Positions 29,246-41,300 of a stretch of DNA of 61,775 nucleotides are shown here, piece after piece (position 1 is the first letter of the stretch; each line of letters starts with the position of its first letter). The notes under the pieces are model-generated. The model ran no database searches, had not been told where the DNA came from, and worked only from the letters and a program-made list of their open reading frames with translations. The stretch covers positions 1 through 61,775 of the IMG/VR virus record IMGVR_UViG_3300023112_000002; one strand, 5' to 3'. A program made the translations under genes and the position numbers. Origin of the DNA: a virus. Its lineage: Duplodnaviria; Caudoviricetes.

Positions 29246-29656
29246 ATGCAATTAAGTATAGAGCCATTACAAGAAGGGGATTATGAAAACATCTTATGCC
29301 AATGGTGGAAAGATTGGAGGTGGACCCCACCTTCTAAAGACTTTTTACCTGATGACGGGGTGGGAGGTTTCATCGTCTATGATGACGGAATTCCTGTTTG
29401 TGCTGGCTTTATGTATAGAACTAACTCTAAAGCTGTATGGTGTGACTGGATAATATCTAACATCCACTACAAAAATAGGGAAGGGAGGAAGAGAGCTCTC
29501 GAACTTCTGGTCCAAACAGTGGAGAGGCTGGCTAAAGATTTAGGTAATAAATTTATATACGCGTTAATAAAGAATAAACCACTAATAAACACATACGTAA
29601 AGATGGGATTTACTGAAGCTTCCTCTTACTCTACGGAAATGATTAAACATATTTGA
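29246..29656 (+). CDS. GNAT-fold acetyltransferase-like protein
   Basis: GFIVYDDGIPVCAGF...WIISN...ALELLV...YVKMGF pattern; precedes the ejection proteins as in many podoviruses. Confidence 0.55.
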   Translation: MQLSIEPLQEGDYENILCQWWKDWRWTPPSKDFLPDDGVGGFIVYDDGIPVCAGFMYRTNSKAVWCDWIISNIHYKNREGRKRALELLVQTVERLAKDLGNKFIYALIKNKPLINTYVKMGFTEASSYSTEMIKHI

Positions 29657-29657
29657 T

Positions 29658-30440
29658 ATGGCAGTAACAACATCGGCAGTAATAGGAATAGGTTCTGGTA
29701 TAGCCACCTCTATTCAAGGCTTTACCTCTGCATCTAAGGCCCGCACAGCTCAGCAAAATGCTGACAACGAGGCGAAGCGTATGATGATGAACGCTCGGAA
29801 GAGAGCGGAACAGAATGAATACGGAGAGTTAAGTCTACCTTTAGAAGCTTTCGAAGCGGAGTTCGAAGCGAACTTAGCGGCAGACAGGCAGGCTATAGAG
29901 GCTTTACAAGAGGGTGACTCAAGGGCATTAGCTGCTGGTGTAGGTAGAGTGGGAGCACAACAGACAGCTGAATCATCACAGACTCGTCAAACTATGGGTG
30001 ACGAAATGTTCAATATGAACAAGATGAAGGCTGACGCAAGAGAGCAGCAGAAGCAGCAGCTTATTTCTATGGATGTGGGTGAAGCTAAGATGCAGGACCA
30101 GAAAGCTCGTGAGGCAGCAGAAGCAAGACGCAGGGGTATAGAGGCTGGCTTCCAAGGTATAGGGCAGGTGGCTCAGGGAGTAGGAGACTTAGCCCCACTC
30201 TATGGTAGGAGCATGAACGACAAGAGGGCAATGGCTCTGATAGGAGACGATAACTTTGTTTCTCAAATGGGATATGACCCAAAAAATATGACGGAAACTC
30301 AAAGATTAGAGTTGCTTGAGTTAGTTTCTTCGCAGGATATTTCAGGAAAAAATTTCAGACAAGGTAGAAGAACGGACTTCTTAGCTCCTTATGACACCTC
30401 GCAGACAGGGTACTTTGATTATAGTATATTCAATCAATAA
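29658..30440 (+). CDS. Putative internal virion/ejection protein
   Basis: Gly/Ala-rich hydrophobic N-terminus, Ala/Gln-rich helices. Confidence 0.6.
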   Translation: MAVTTSAVIGIGSGIATSIQGFTSASKARTAQQNADNEAKRMMMNARKRAEQNEYGELSLPLEAFEAEFEANLAADRQAIEALQEGDSRALAAGVGRVGAQQTAESSQTRQTMGDEMFNMNKMKADAREQQKQQLISMDVGEAKMQDQKAREAAEARRRGIEAGFQGIGQVAQGVGDLAPLYGRSMNDKRAMALIGDDNFVSQMGYDPKNMTETQRLELLELVSSQDISGKNFRQGRRTDFLAPYDTSQTGYFDYSIFNQ

Positions 30441-32374
30441 TGGCAAAAGATTTTAGTATATCGAGTAAGGTATTAGATACCGACAAGTACGTATATAGAG
30501 AAGAGAGAGACCTGGCGAAAACGCAGGTCGATTGGGGAACGATAAGTAAGAACTTAACGGACACTATCAACACTGTACGTGACGAAAGGGAAACTCAGAA
30601 GGCGGAGATAGAGAAGGCGAATACTGAGGAGATGAACCGCGCTGGAGAGTTCGATCAGTACAATAATAAAACTCTTAACGAGTCTGTATTAGAGGGCAGT
30701 GAGTGGGCTAAGAACGCCCTGTCTGTGCAGATGGATCTTGTACGCAGAGGGCTTGTTACTCCAAGTGAAAACCAAAGGTATCAGCAAAGAGTAAGCGATA
30801 GCTTTACTTTTCTTAAAAAGAACTTGAGTAGTTTTGAAAAAGATTTTAATGAGAATAACAGGAGAGCGGAGGAGGGCGAGTCTAATACATATGAGCAAGC
30901 GGTTAACGGAAGTGTAGCAGGGCTTGGGGTTTTGAAAAATTGGAAGCTTTCTGGCAATGCTGCTACGGGAGAGCTTGCGTATGTAAGGACAGGCAATGAT
31001 CCTGCGACAGGAGAGCCTTACGATCCTAACAACCCAGCTAACCAAGCCAGTTTAGGGACTATAGGTGTAAGAGCTACAAATAGAAGCGACTACACCAGTA
31101 CAACTGAAATGGCTCAGACAGAAGTGGGAGCTTTAGCTGAAGTTATCAACTCTACTTTATTGAATAACCAAGCTGTACGTAGTGTAGAAGATTGGAGGCA
31201 GTTGGATGAGAGTGAAGAAATGATGACGGGTCTGGTAAAAACTCTTACCTCTACGAGGGCTAAGATCGCCAGTATAGCTCAAGATAAACTTGGGTTTACG
31301 GCTGAAACGTATAAGCAAGATTGGACAGACAAAGAGTTAGCTGAAGATCCTAATAGAGTAAGATTAATTGCTGACCCAAGTGGGTCGGGAGATTTAATAC
31401 CTGACTATAGCCCCGAGCAGATAGCGCGAGTTGAAGAGGCGGCAAGGTTATCTTTAGAGTCTCAGATAGACCAAAAAATAAAGACGGTTAAAGGATTCGA
31501 CCCTGACTCTCCAGCTAAAGCTGGAGCACGTAAAGAGCAAAGCTCTTCGTTTGGGTATATAGACCAAACCATGGAGGTAATTACAGGAGATAATACAGAG
31601 TTTAACTCGGCGGCTTCAAGTTTGAAAACAGCATGGGATAAAGCTAACCCTGACAACCCTATGGATGAAGACAATCCTATCGATAGATCAAGTGATGATA
31701 ACTACATACTCGTCAACTACGCTAACGGAGAGGTTGAAAAGATAGCGAAGTTTGAGTTGGATGAAAATGGCGATCAAATTTTAAATGATGATAACGAGCC
31801 TATCCCGGTAGCCGATGAGCTGTTGGTACAGAACTTGCTTACTAAAGTGGCTCCAGTAACAGGGTCTACCCAAGGACTTATGGATGAGTACCTACAAGAG
31901 AATCCAGACGGATTGGTAGATAGAGGAGGAAGGGGAGAGAAAACTTCTTACCAAGGTACGGGAGATAAGACTATAGAAGATACAAGTTTAGGTAATAAAA
32001 TGATTCTTGTGGAGGGGTCCCCTATGAATGTAGGAGACAGGCTCTTAGCAATATCTCAACAAGAGGGATCTGATGAGGAGCAGTTAGCTGAGTACACGAC
32101 TGTTATAAATTCTATTTTAAGTAGTGAGTTGAAAGATATTACTGCTAACTTCGAGGTGTCTTCGGAAGACATCACAACGGGGGTAGGGAATAGGAATTTT
32201 ATAACCGTAACTATTGACGGGGTGCCAACCGAAATAGAGTTTGATACTGTTGATGATTCAGCTAAGCTTCAATCAGAGGTTCAAAAAGCGATTAATGCCG
32301 CGAAGAAAAAGATTCGTGATAAAAGATCAAAGTCAAGCACAAGTAATAAAAGCGGAGGAAAAGTAAGAACTTAA
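30440..32374 (+). CDS. Putative internal virion/ejection protein
   Basis: 644 aa, lacks Cys, lies between the small and giant internal proteins. Confidence 0.6.
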   Translation: MAKDFSISSKVLDTDKYVYREERDLAKTQVDWGTISKNLTDTINTVRDERETQKAEIEKANTEEMNRAGEFDQYNNKTLNESVLEGSEWAKNALSVQMDLVRRGLVTPSENQRYQQRVSDSFTFLKKNLSSFEKDFNENNRRAEEGESNTYEQAVNGSVAGLGVLKNWKLSGNAATGELAYVRTGNDPATGEPYDPNNPANQASLGTIGVRATNRSDYTSTTEMAQTEVGALAEVINSTLLNNQAVRSVEDWRQLDESEEMMTGLVKTLTSTRAKIASIAQDKLGFTAETYKQDWTDKELAEDPNRVRLIADPSGSGDLIPDYSPEQIARVEEAARLSLESQIDQKIKTVKGFDPDSPAKAGARKEQSSSFGYIDQTMEVITGDNTEFNSAASSLKTAWDKANPDNPMDEDNPIDRSSDDNYILVNYANGEVEKIAKFELDENGDQILNDDNEPIPVADELLVQNLLTKVAPVTGSTQGLMDEYLQENPDGLVDRGGRGEKTSYQGTGDKTIEDTSLGNKMILVEGSPMNVGDRLLAISQQEGSDEEQLAEYTTVINSILSSELKDITANFEVSSEDITTGVGNRNFITVTIDGVPTEIEFDTVDDSAKLQSEVQKAINAAKKKIRDKRSKSSTSNKSGGKVRT

Positions 32375-32376
32375 CT

Positions 32377-35300
32377 ATGGACGAGCAAGTATTAAAAGAT
32401 TTAATAGCGACAGCTGAAGCTTCTAATTATAACTGGGAGGAAGTTATGCCTAAATTTCCTGAGCTTGCAGACGTAGATCTTCAAGTGTTAAAGGACTACG
32501 TAGAAACAGCGAAGCATTATGACTACGACTATGACGTTGTTAATGCTAAGTTTCCTGAGTTAGGCTTAAAAAAAAAAGGCGCGTCAGAACCTACTGTTCA
32601 AGAGGACGTTATGGAATCCACTACACCAGTCGTGGAGGAACAGCCTATCTCATCGGAGTCTTCCGCTCCTCAAGAGGGTGACCAATCTGTTTTTGATGCC
32701 GAGGTAGAAGAAGCTCCGGAAACGGTAACAGAATTTGCCGCTTACGACCCGAGGGAAGAAAGCGGAACCCCTGAATCAATGGCGCAGGGTATTGTAACTT
32801 CCGCGACGAACCCGATGTTGCGCGCTTTTGTAGACCCTGCAGATAGAACTAACGTCACATACGATGCTGACGCTACAACTTTCGAGAGGTCGCTGGCTTT
32901 TATTACTCCAGATTTAATTGGGAGAGAAGAGGAAGAGGTGGTAAATAGAATGAAGTATCATTTCACTGATTATGGATTTACCTTTTCTCAGACGGGGATA
33001 GGGGACGCTATGATTGTAAAGGCTGATAATGGGGAGGAGATAGAAATAGATTTAGACCCCTTCACTCGAGGAGGAGAGGAGCAAGGGTCTATAGAGTTGC
33101 AGAATTTTTTACAGCAGAACAGGAGGGTAGACCCAGAGATGGAAGAGCTTACATACTCCTACGATTTAAACCGTAAGAAATACTTTAGCCGTCAAGCGGT
33201 AGATAGAGATATACAAAGCGTTAGAGACCAGTCCGAAACGTTGGGTTTACGATACCAAGATTATTTAAGGGAACAGGGGGAGATAGATACCGCTATAACT
33301 GCTATGACACAAGTGCCGTTAAGTGAAAGGGGGCCAGAGTTTAAGGCGGAGTATGATGCGTTGATACAAAAGAAGAGTGAGTTAGCGGGAGTAAAAGGAG
33401 AATTACAACAGGAGGTAGGAGAGTTCCAGATTTATTCAGATAAAATAAATAGCGCAGTAGGGAACTATCTCACTATGAAGGAGGATGACAGTTCTGCGGG
33501 GTTAACATTTTTAAAAGCAGGATGGAACAATATCCTCTCAGGAATTACAGGTCCTTTAGCGAGTGCTGCAGGTATACCTATGGATCTATTCTATGGGGTA
33601 GCTCAAACGGTGGACGAAGACTTTGGGATGACGGAGGAGGAGAGGAAGGAGAGGTATATAACTATAGCTACAGATTTAGGCTATGACATCCCAGAAAATA
33701 TAGAGGACGATGCCGTGTATAATAAGTGGTTGGAAGGGTTGATGGAGAGTACTTTTGAGGCAGAGGGGGTTGAGGGAGAAGGTATATCTGCCACCATGAA
33801 TAGATATCCTAAAGAGATACGAGAAGAGTTAGAAGCTGAGGGTTATGATCCGTCTCGTGTGATTAATGCTGACGGATTAAAGATGTGGAATAACGAAGGA
33901 GGGATATTGGGTAACGGGGGATGGGAGGAAATTCCAGATTACGCTTCTGATACAAGCCCAGGAGAGAGATTGAAAAGGTTGGTGATGGATCAGGAGGTGA
34001 AAGAAAACAAAGAGCCTACCAAGCAGCTGGTAAGGAGCCTATTAGACGTTGCCAGATTCGATGACGTAAGTGAGGAGAGGGTGGCCGCTCAATCGGAGAG
34101 TGTTATTGTGGAGGGGATGTTAGGTTTAGCTCAGTCTGCGCCAAGTATTGCATTAGGTTTAATAGGTAGAGGGAAGGGCCCTAAATATAAAGGGGCTGAA
34201 AAGCCATTGGCAAAATTTATCCAGTCACTTAAAAACTATGCTACAAGCCCTGGTGCTGTATCTCAGACTATAGGCTTTAGCTTACTCCAGACCGACGCTT
34301 TGATGCAGGAGATGGAGAACGATCCAGACTTTAAATACGTTACGGAGACAGAGAAGAAGGCTCTAACAGTTCCTTTAGCTGTAAGCACAGCTATACTGGA
34401 GACGTATGGTTTACGTAGTTTAGCGAAGGGCCCTATGCTGGGTAAGCTGATGACGCAGGTGACGAAACTTCTTCCTAAAGGTGCTACACCGAAGATGTTT
34501 ACTGAGACATTCAAAAAGGTGGTAGAAAGTAATATAGCTAAAGGAGTGTATAGCAGCAAAGCTTTACGTGGCGTAGGTATAGTAGGGGGAGCCGCTGCCG
34601 TAGAGGCGGAGACAGGGGGGCTACAAACTGTGGCGGAGATAGGGATGAAGAACGTGTGGAACGATATGTATGAGAAGGAGATGTTCAATACCCCTGAGAT
34701 GTGGTCGGAGGAGTTTTATAACCAGGTAATAAGAGGGGCTGCGGCAGAGGCTGTAGGTGGTTTTGTAATGGGAACCCCTCGAGCTTTAACGACAGCTTTT
34801 AATAGGGGGGATATAGACGAAGTGTCTGACGATATGGTTGCACTGTTCAACGAGATTCGTAAGGACGGAACTACAGTAGAGGCATACAAGACGCAGTTAG
34901 ATTTAAAGGTAGCCAACCAGGAGCTAACAAAAGAAGAAGCCAACCAAGCTCTCTTAGACTTTGAAGTTCTTTCTGGAGCAGCCGCCTCTATAGAGAAAGG
35001 GACAGAGCTTACCCCTACACAAACCAAAAAAGCTTTAGGGTTGGTGTACTTAAAAAATAAGTTAGAGTCTGAGATGGACGGTATGGATCCAGACTTAGGG
35101 AGTTATAAAGCTAAGCAAGAGATGCTTGTCACAATAAAAGATAAGCTCTCTAAGATAGGTACCGAAGAAGAAGTAGATGCAAATTTAAAACCAAAGAAAG
35201 ATGCCATTCAAGAGTCAAGCACAACGGAAGTGGATGTACAAAAACAAACCCAAGATGGCGCAGCTGTGGGAGAGGGAGACACCACCGGGGGAGTTGCCGT

Positions 35301-38300
35301 TGAAAGTGAAAGCGAAACCGAAGTTTCTCCAGAGACAACGGAGGAGAAAGTAGAACTTACCGTAGAGGAACGCGCAAAACAAATAGAAGAGTTAGTGGAG
35401 CAGGAGCAGGAAGATAGCAAGCCTCTTGAGCCACAACCTATACCGCGTGAGCAGTTAGAGTCTATAGACGAAACGGTTTCTATAAATAAAAAGAACGCTC
35501 CGAAAAGAGTAAACCCTTTATTAGATACAGTAAAGAGGAGAGTTAGTAGGGCGGCTAAAGCCATTAAAAGAATTGCTCCAAGCGTAAAGATAATAATGCA
35601 TGAGAGCGCAGAAGATTTCACTGCAGCTACAGGGTCTCGAGGGAGAGGAACTTTTTTAGATAACACTATACACATAAACTTAGAAGACGCTTCAGGAACT
35701 ACAGTAGCTCACGAAGCGTTCCACGCTATCTTATTAAGTAAGATATCTACAGACCTTCAAGCGCAGCAAGTGACGAAGAGGCTGATGCAAAGTATGGCTA
35801 AGTCTTTGGATGCAAACTCTCCTTTAAAAAAGAAGATAGAAGAATTTGTGGAGGGGTACGATGAGAATATAAAGAATGAGGAGCGGTTGGCTCAGGTATT
35901 GGGGGAGCTATCTTCTAACTACACACAGTTAAAAGCTCCAGAGAAAAGTCTGGTGCGTAGGTGGATAGATAAACTTTCTAAGAGACTTGGATACGAGGTG
36001 TCGGAGTTTACTCAAGAGGATCAAGATGTGGTAGATTTACTTAACACGTTAGCCGCTAAGGTAACGGCAGGGGTAGAGGTAGAAGAGGGGGATGTAGAGA
36101 TTTTAGAAACCGAGCAGGGTGACGGAGGAGAAGTAGGTAAACTTAAAGTAAGGGAGCAGAAGGATTCTCGCAACTCCCCTAAAGTAGAGACAGACAAGAG
36201 ATCGTTTGCTAAATTTATTTCTAATAAAGACTTAGGAGATTTTGATGGGAGAGATTTCGTTACCAACATGTATGACTTTACTACAGCAGGTGTAGTGGAT
36301 ATAGGTAATGGTATTACTCTGGATCTACAGGGAGGGAAGAGTTATGTCCCTTTTATGATGGAGAAGCAGGGTTTGAATATCGGGGATGTGTCTAACTTAG
36401 CCGCGTTTAATAATAAAGCTCAGGCAGAAACTTTTGTAAGGAACTCAGAGCAAGGGAACGCAACCTTGTTTATGCCCCATGCTGGAACCATTGAAGGGTC
36501 GTGGCAATTTCAACAGTCTATATTTGAGCAGCTCATAAACGCTGCTTTAGATAATAAGATACTTTCTAATAAGGAGATAATAAACTCTTTCAACGAAGTC
36601 TTAACGAATGAGGTAGGAAAGAAAGCTTTCGCTATCTTTAAAAAGAAGTTAGGTAAGAATATAAGAAACTTTAACTCCTTCTCTAAGAACCCATTAGAGA
36701 TAGTAGAGCTCTTAAACACTACAAATAATTTTTCTCCTGAGTTAAGGAAAGCTTTAAACGATAAACTGTCTGCCAATAAAAAGTATCAGGCAGCTATCGG
36801 TGTAAAATCTAAAGAAGCTTTTGCACGTAAGATGGAGGACCCTTTGAATAAAGGTGTTGAAGGGGGTGACCTGATGGGGGTTATAGAGTTTGACAACACG
36901 AGCTTTGAGATAAGCAAACCTAAGCCAGGTGATGCAGACTACCATCCATCTTTTGCATGGACTGTCAAAGCAAAGATCGAGGGGATATATCAGCCTACTA
37001 AGTTTTACAAATCTTACGATGTGACGGAGGAGTACACCAGGTACAATCAATCTGGACCGAATGTATCTCGTAAAGCAGAGCAAACGAAGGAACAGTTTAA
37101 GAAATCCAATGTTATGGGACATACGGGGGCTGGACCTAAAGTAGCTAAGGTCTCGAAGCGTGAGCAGATTATAGGACAGAATGCAGAGCTTTCCGCACAG
37201 GTAAGAGAGGATTTACAGTACGCTAAAATTGAGCATGAAGCTTACATGATGCAGAAGGAGGGTGTCCTTGCCGCTCCTACAGAAAATATGATGAACCCCG
37301 CAGCTATTAAAGAGATAACAGGATGGGAGTTGGGGGCAGACGGGAAGTGGAAATATGAGATACAAGACGGAAGACTGAAGGAGGAGGGCACAGGTGTTTG
37401 GAAACTTTCGGATATATATGATGCCCCCGAGTTCTACGACGCATATCCCGAAGCAAAAGATATATTGGTGTCTATACAGGTCAGGCCTGAGGGTAAAGAA
37501 AATTCCTGGTATATGCCGGGTAATGAATTTATGTTACCCTCTATTGAGATAAATGTAAAAAATCAATACAGGGTTGTTCAAGACTTAGTTCATGAGCTCC
37601 AGCACTTTGTCCAATACCAAGAAGGGTTTGCTATAGGGGGTAATGAGTCTACATTCGCCTACAACCCTGAGCTGGTAAAACAAGCTGAAAAGGAGGGGAG
37701 TAAAGAGGAATTAGTTATAAAGAATGAGATGTTACGAGCTCTTTCTTTTACTATCGAAGAAGCTATAGGTGAGCATGAGGGTGTGGCTTTAGATAAAATT
37801 ATGACTAAAGAGTTTTTAGAGAAGAATATGGGCTTCTATCTTGACACCTTTGATAATCTTGTTGAGAGAGGATTGATTGACAAAGACGCAGATTTTGCTC
37901 AAGCTTTAGAAGACTTTTATTTTGAGCTCCCTGAAATGGATAGAAGAAAGCTTAAGATTGCACAGAGAGAAGGGGGAATGAATGAAGCTTTAGATGTTGC
38001 CGATGAGATATCTGAGCCTGTTAGAGAATCGCTTCAGAAGTTAGGTAATTTCGCAATGTACGAGAGGCTTATGGGGGAGGTAGAAGCTCGTAACGTCACG
38101 AAAAGATTATTTTATACCGCAGAGAAGAGAGTAAGAAATACGCTTGAGAGTACTGAGGACGTTAGCAGAGAAGACCAAATTGCATATTTTGATACGAGTG
38201 AAAGCAAGGAGGATGTAACTACCGAAGAGTCAAAGCCTGCCCCTCGTGAGCAGAAGGCTCCGATCAAGCAAACCAAAAGAGAGTTTGTAGCACGGTTGAA

Positions 38301-41300
38301 GGATGCCCTTAAGGGTGAGGGAAGTTTCGCGCATATGACGGCGGAGAATCCTGCGAACAAGACTATGTCCGCAAAGGAGAATGCTATAAGGAATAAAGAG
38401 TTGAAGGCGCAGCTCGATGAGATGGGGTACGATGCCGTAGCAATAGATGGTAGGTATGACAGAGACGAGAAGTCTTTCTTTGTGCCTGATATAAGTGAGG
38501 CGGATGCGATAGAGATAGGGAAGAAGTATGGACAAGAGTCCGTAGCCCACAGCAAGGGGATGCTATATACCACAGGTAAAGACAAAGGAAAAAGGAATCC
38601 CATCACGGGAGACGTAGAGGTAAATAATAAATTAAAGAATTACTATAGCGAGATACAAACTAAGGGTGGGAAAGTAAAGTATAGTGTGGGGTATAACTTC
38701 GACGTTCTCACAGAAGATTCCTCTAAGAAGAAGCCTGCAACTCGTGAGCAGAAGGAGGTAAGGTTCCAGAAGATAGCAGATAAGTTTCAGGATCCAGTAG
38801 AGATAATTAAACTTGCACGAACTGCAGGGTTCGAAGACTCCGAGATAAAATACTTCCTTCAGAAAACAAAGAAATTAAAAGTTAAAGAGATAAACGATCT
38901 TCTTAAAGTAGATGTAGATATGTTTGAGTCTATGCCTTCGGTATTTGGAAATGTACCAGGGGGGATGGTAGCGGGTAGGAAACTATATGAAGCTACTATG
39001 AAGAAGTTTAATTCTTTACTTAAGAAAAACTTGAAGCGCCCGAAAGAAAAGCAGGCAAGTATGGCTGATATGATAAACGAATCTATAGAGTTTATGATGG
39101 GCCGTAAAGTATATAAGGAGGCTACGGAAGGGGTGACGTCTAAAACAGAACTCTCTACCCTACAGCAGCAGCTACAAGCAGCGATGCAAGAAGCGTTAGG
39201 CGGAGGTAAGGTTAAAGATATAAGTAAGAAAATTAAAGAGCTGAAGAAGATTTTACGTCAGAAGATCCGAGGGGCGCGAGAGGTTAGAGATGTCAAGAGA
39301 CAGTTGCAAAGAACGATTCGTGAGGTGTTGCCCAAAGCTGCGTTTAATAAAACAGAAGTTAGAAACTTACTGAGAACGATACAGGACGCTGAGCCTAAGT
39401 GGTTGAAAGGAAATCTAAGGTTCCTTGCTGAAAAGATTGAGTCGTTGGCGGCAGAAAAAAATGTATCTATATTAAATAAAGCTATCCAAAAAATATTGGA
39501 CAATAAGTTTTTAGTTAAGGTGGGTGGTTTAGAGAAGTTGATTAAGATAGATCAGGCCACATATAAAATAGTGGAGTCTATAAAAGATAAGATGTATAAG
39601 GCTGCAGAAGTAAAGGATGATATCATTAAGGAGCAGACTAAACTTATCGAACAGGTAGAGGAATTAAATAGAAAGGTACAGCTGACAGAGGAAGAAGAGA
39701 CGCAGCTATTGGTGTTGAATATAGCGCTGGGTATTAACAATGCTAAGCTCATGGAGGATAGTAACCCCCGTAAAGCGGATCAGTTAGCGGAGGTATATAA
39801 CAACCTGAAAGATCTTATCACTCAAGGTCGCAACAACTATAAGGAAGCGGCGAAGGAAAGATCAAAAAGGTATGCGAAAAATACAGCCCTATTCCACCAA
39901 GCTTTAGAAGGCTATAAAGACGTATTAGATTTCACAGATCCAGAGGTGCTGGAGCGTATAAGGAAAGACCTTAAAGACAGGGCAGATGAGAAGGCTTCTA
40001 ACTACGGAAGGAACGCCCTTAAAGAATACTTTAAAAAGATAGGAGACAATATAGATAAGTACTTAAAGATGGGGACGCTGGGTTTAAGCCAACTGTCTTC
40101 AGCTTTAGATAAATCTCCTGGTGCAGCCTTCGAAGGTTTTATAAAAGACTTTGTATACCGAAAGGTGAATGAGTCTACCCGTATGTACAAAGAAAGCATG
40201 ATGGCTTTGGATCAGATACTTACGGAAAAGACAGAAGAGTATTTAGGGAAAGACTACGCAAAAAAGATTAAGGAATATAGGAAGTCTATAGATTTCCTTG
40301 AGCTACAAGACGGAAAGTTCTTGAAAGATCCGCAAGAGGTAAAGGATGCGCAGGCAGAATTTGATAAAGACCCTACCAGAAAAAATAAAGATAAATTAAA
40401 TAAGATAATTAGAAAGAATATTCCTTTCTCTAACCTCACCCCTCTGCAGCTGCAGTATCTATACTTTCAGTATAAGCAGAAGGATACGCATGCAGGTTTT
40501 AAAACTTCATTGGGGGACAACTACCAGCCTATAATGGATGGGTTGAGTAAGCATTTTGAAGAGACTTACCCTGATCTTTTAGAGCTGGGGCGCTGGCAGG
40601 TAGAGGTTTTGCTTCCTTCGCTATATGAAAAGTATAACGAAGTATACAAGAAGTTATACAATACAGACCTACCTCAGAGGGATAACTATTCTGGAAGAAC
40701 ATTTAGAGTTATATCAAAAGGAGATAAGGTAGAGATGGAGAAGTACGATCCTTTGTCTCTCCTCTCGGAACAGGGTATGCCTCAGATGGGGATGAATGTA
40801 ATAGGAAACTCTACTAAGCTGACTCAGAAAAATAGTAAAGCTATTATGCCTGTCGATGCTTTCACAGCTATCGATACATACCTGAAAGATATGGAGCACT
40901 TCGCTGCATATGCAGAGAATATCAATGAAATATCTAAAGTGTTCTTTAATAAAGATATTGTAGATACCATTGTAAGTATACACGGACAGGATGTCTACGA
41001 TACCATTAGGAAACAATTAATGGCTACAGCTCAACGCGGAGCCAATCAATCTGATAAGACTGTTGATTTGGTAAATAGAGCTAACAATATATTTATTGTA
41101 CAGAAACTGGGAGCGGGGCTTACGGTATACCTTAAGCAGTTAACTTCTATTGGGACTTACGGAAACTTTATCGGGTACGGAAACTGGATAAAGACAGCTA
41201 CCACTATGGGACCTAAAGAGTTTATAAAAGCATGGAAAGAAATCTCTGAAGAGTCGGTATATATAAAGTATAGATACTGGCAGCAGATTAGTAAAACGAT

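Noticed and set aside
36235-36255. GDFDGRD in the giant protein as a virion RNA polymerase active site
   Set aside because: It lacks the DxDxD spacing (DFDGD/DFDID), and no other RNAP motifs were recognised
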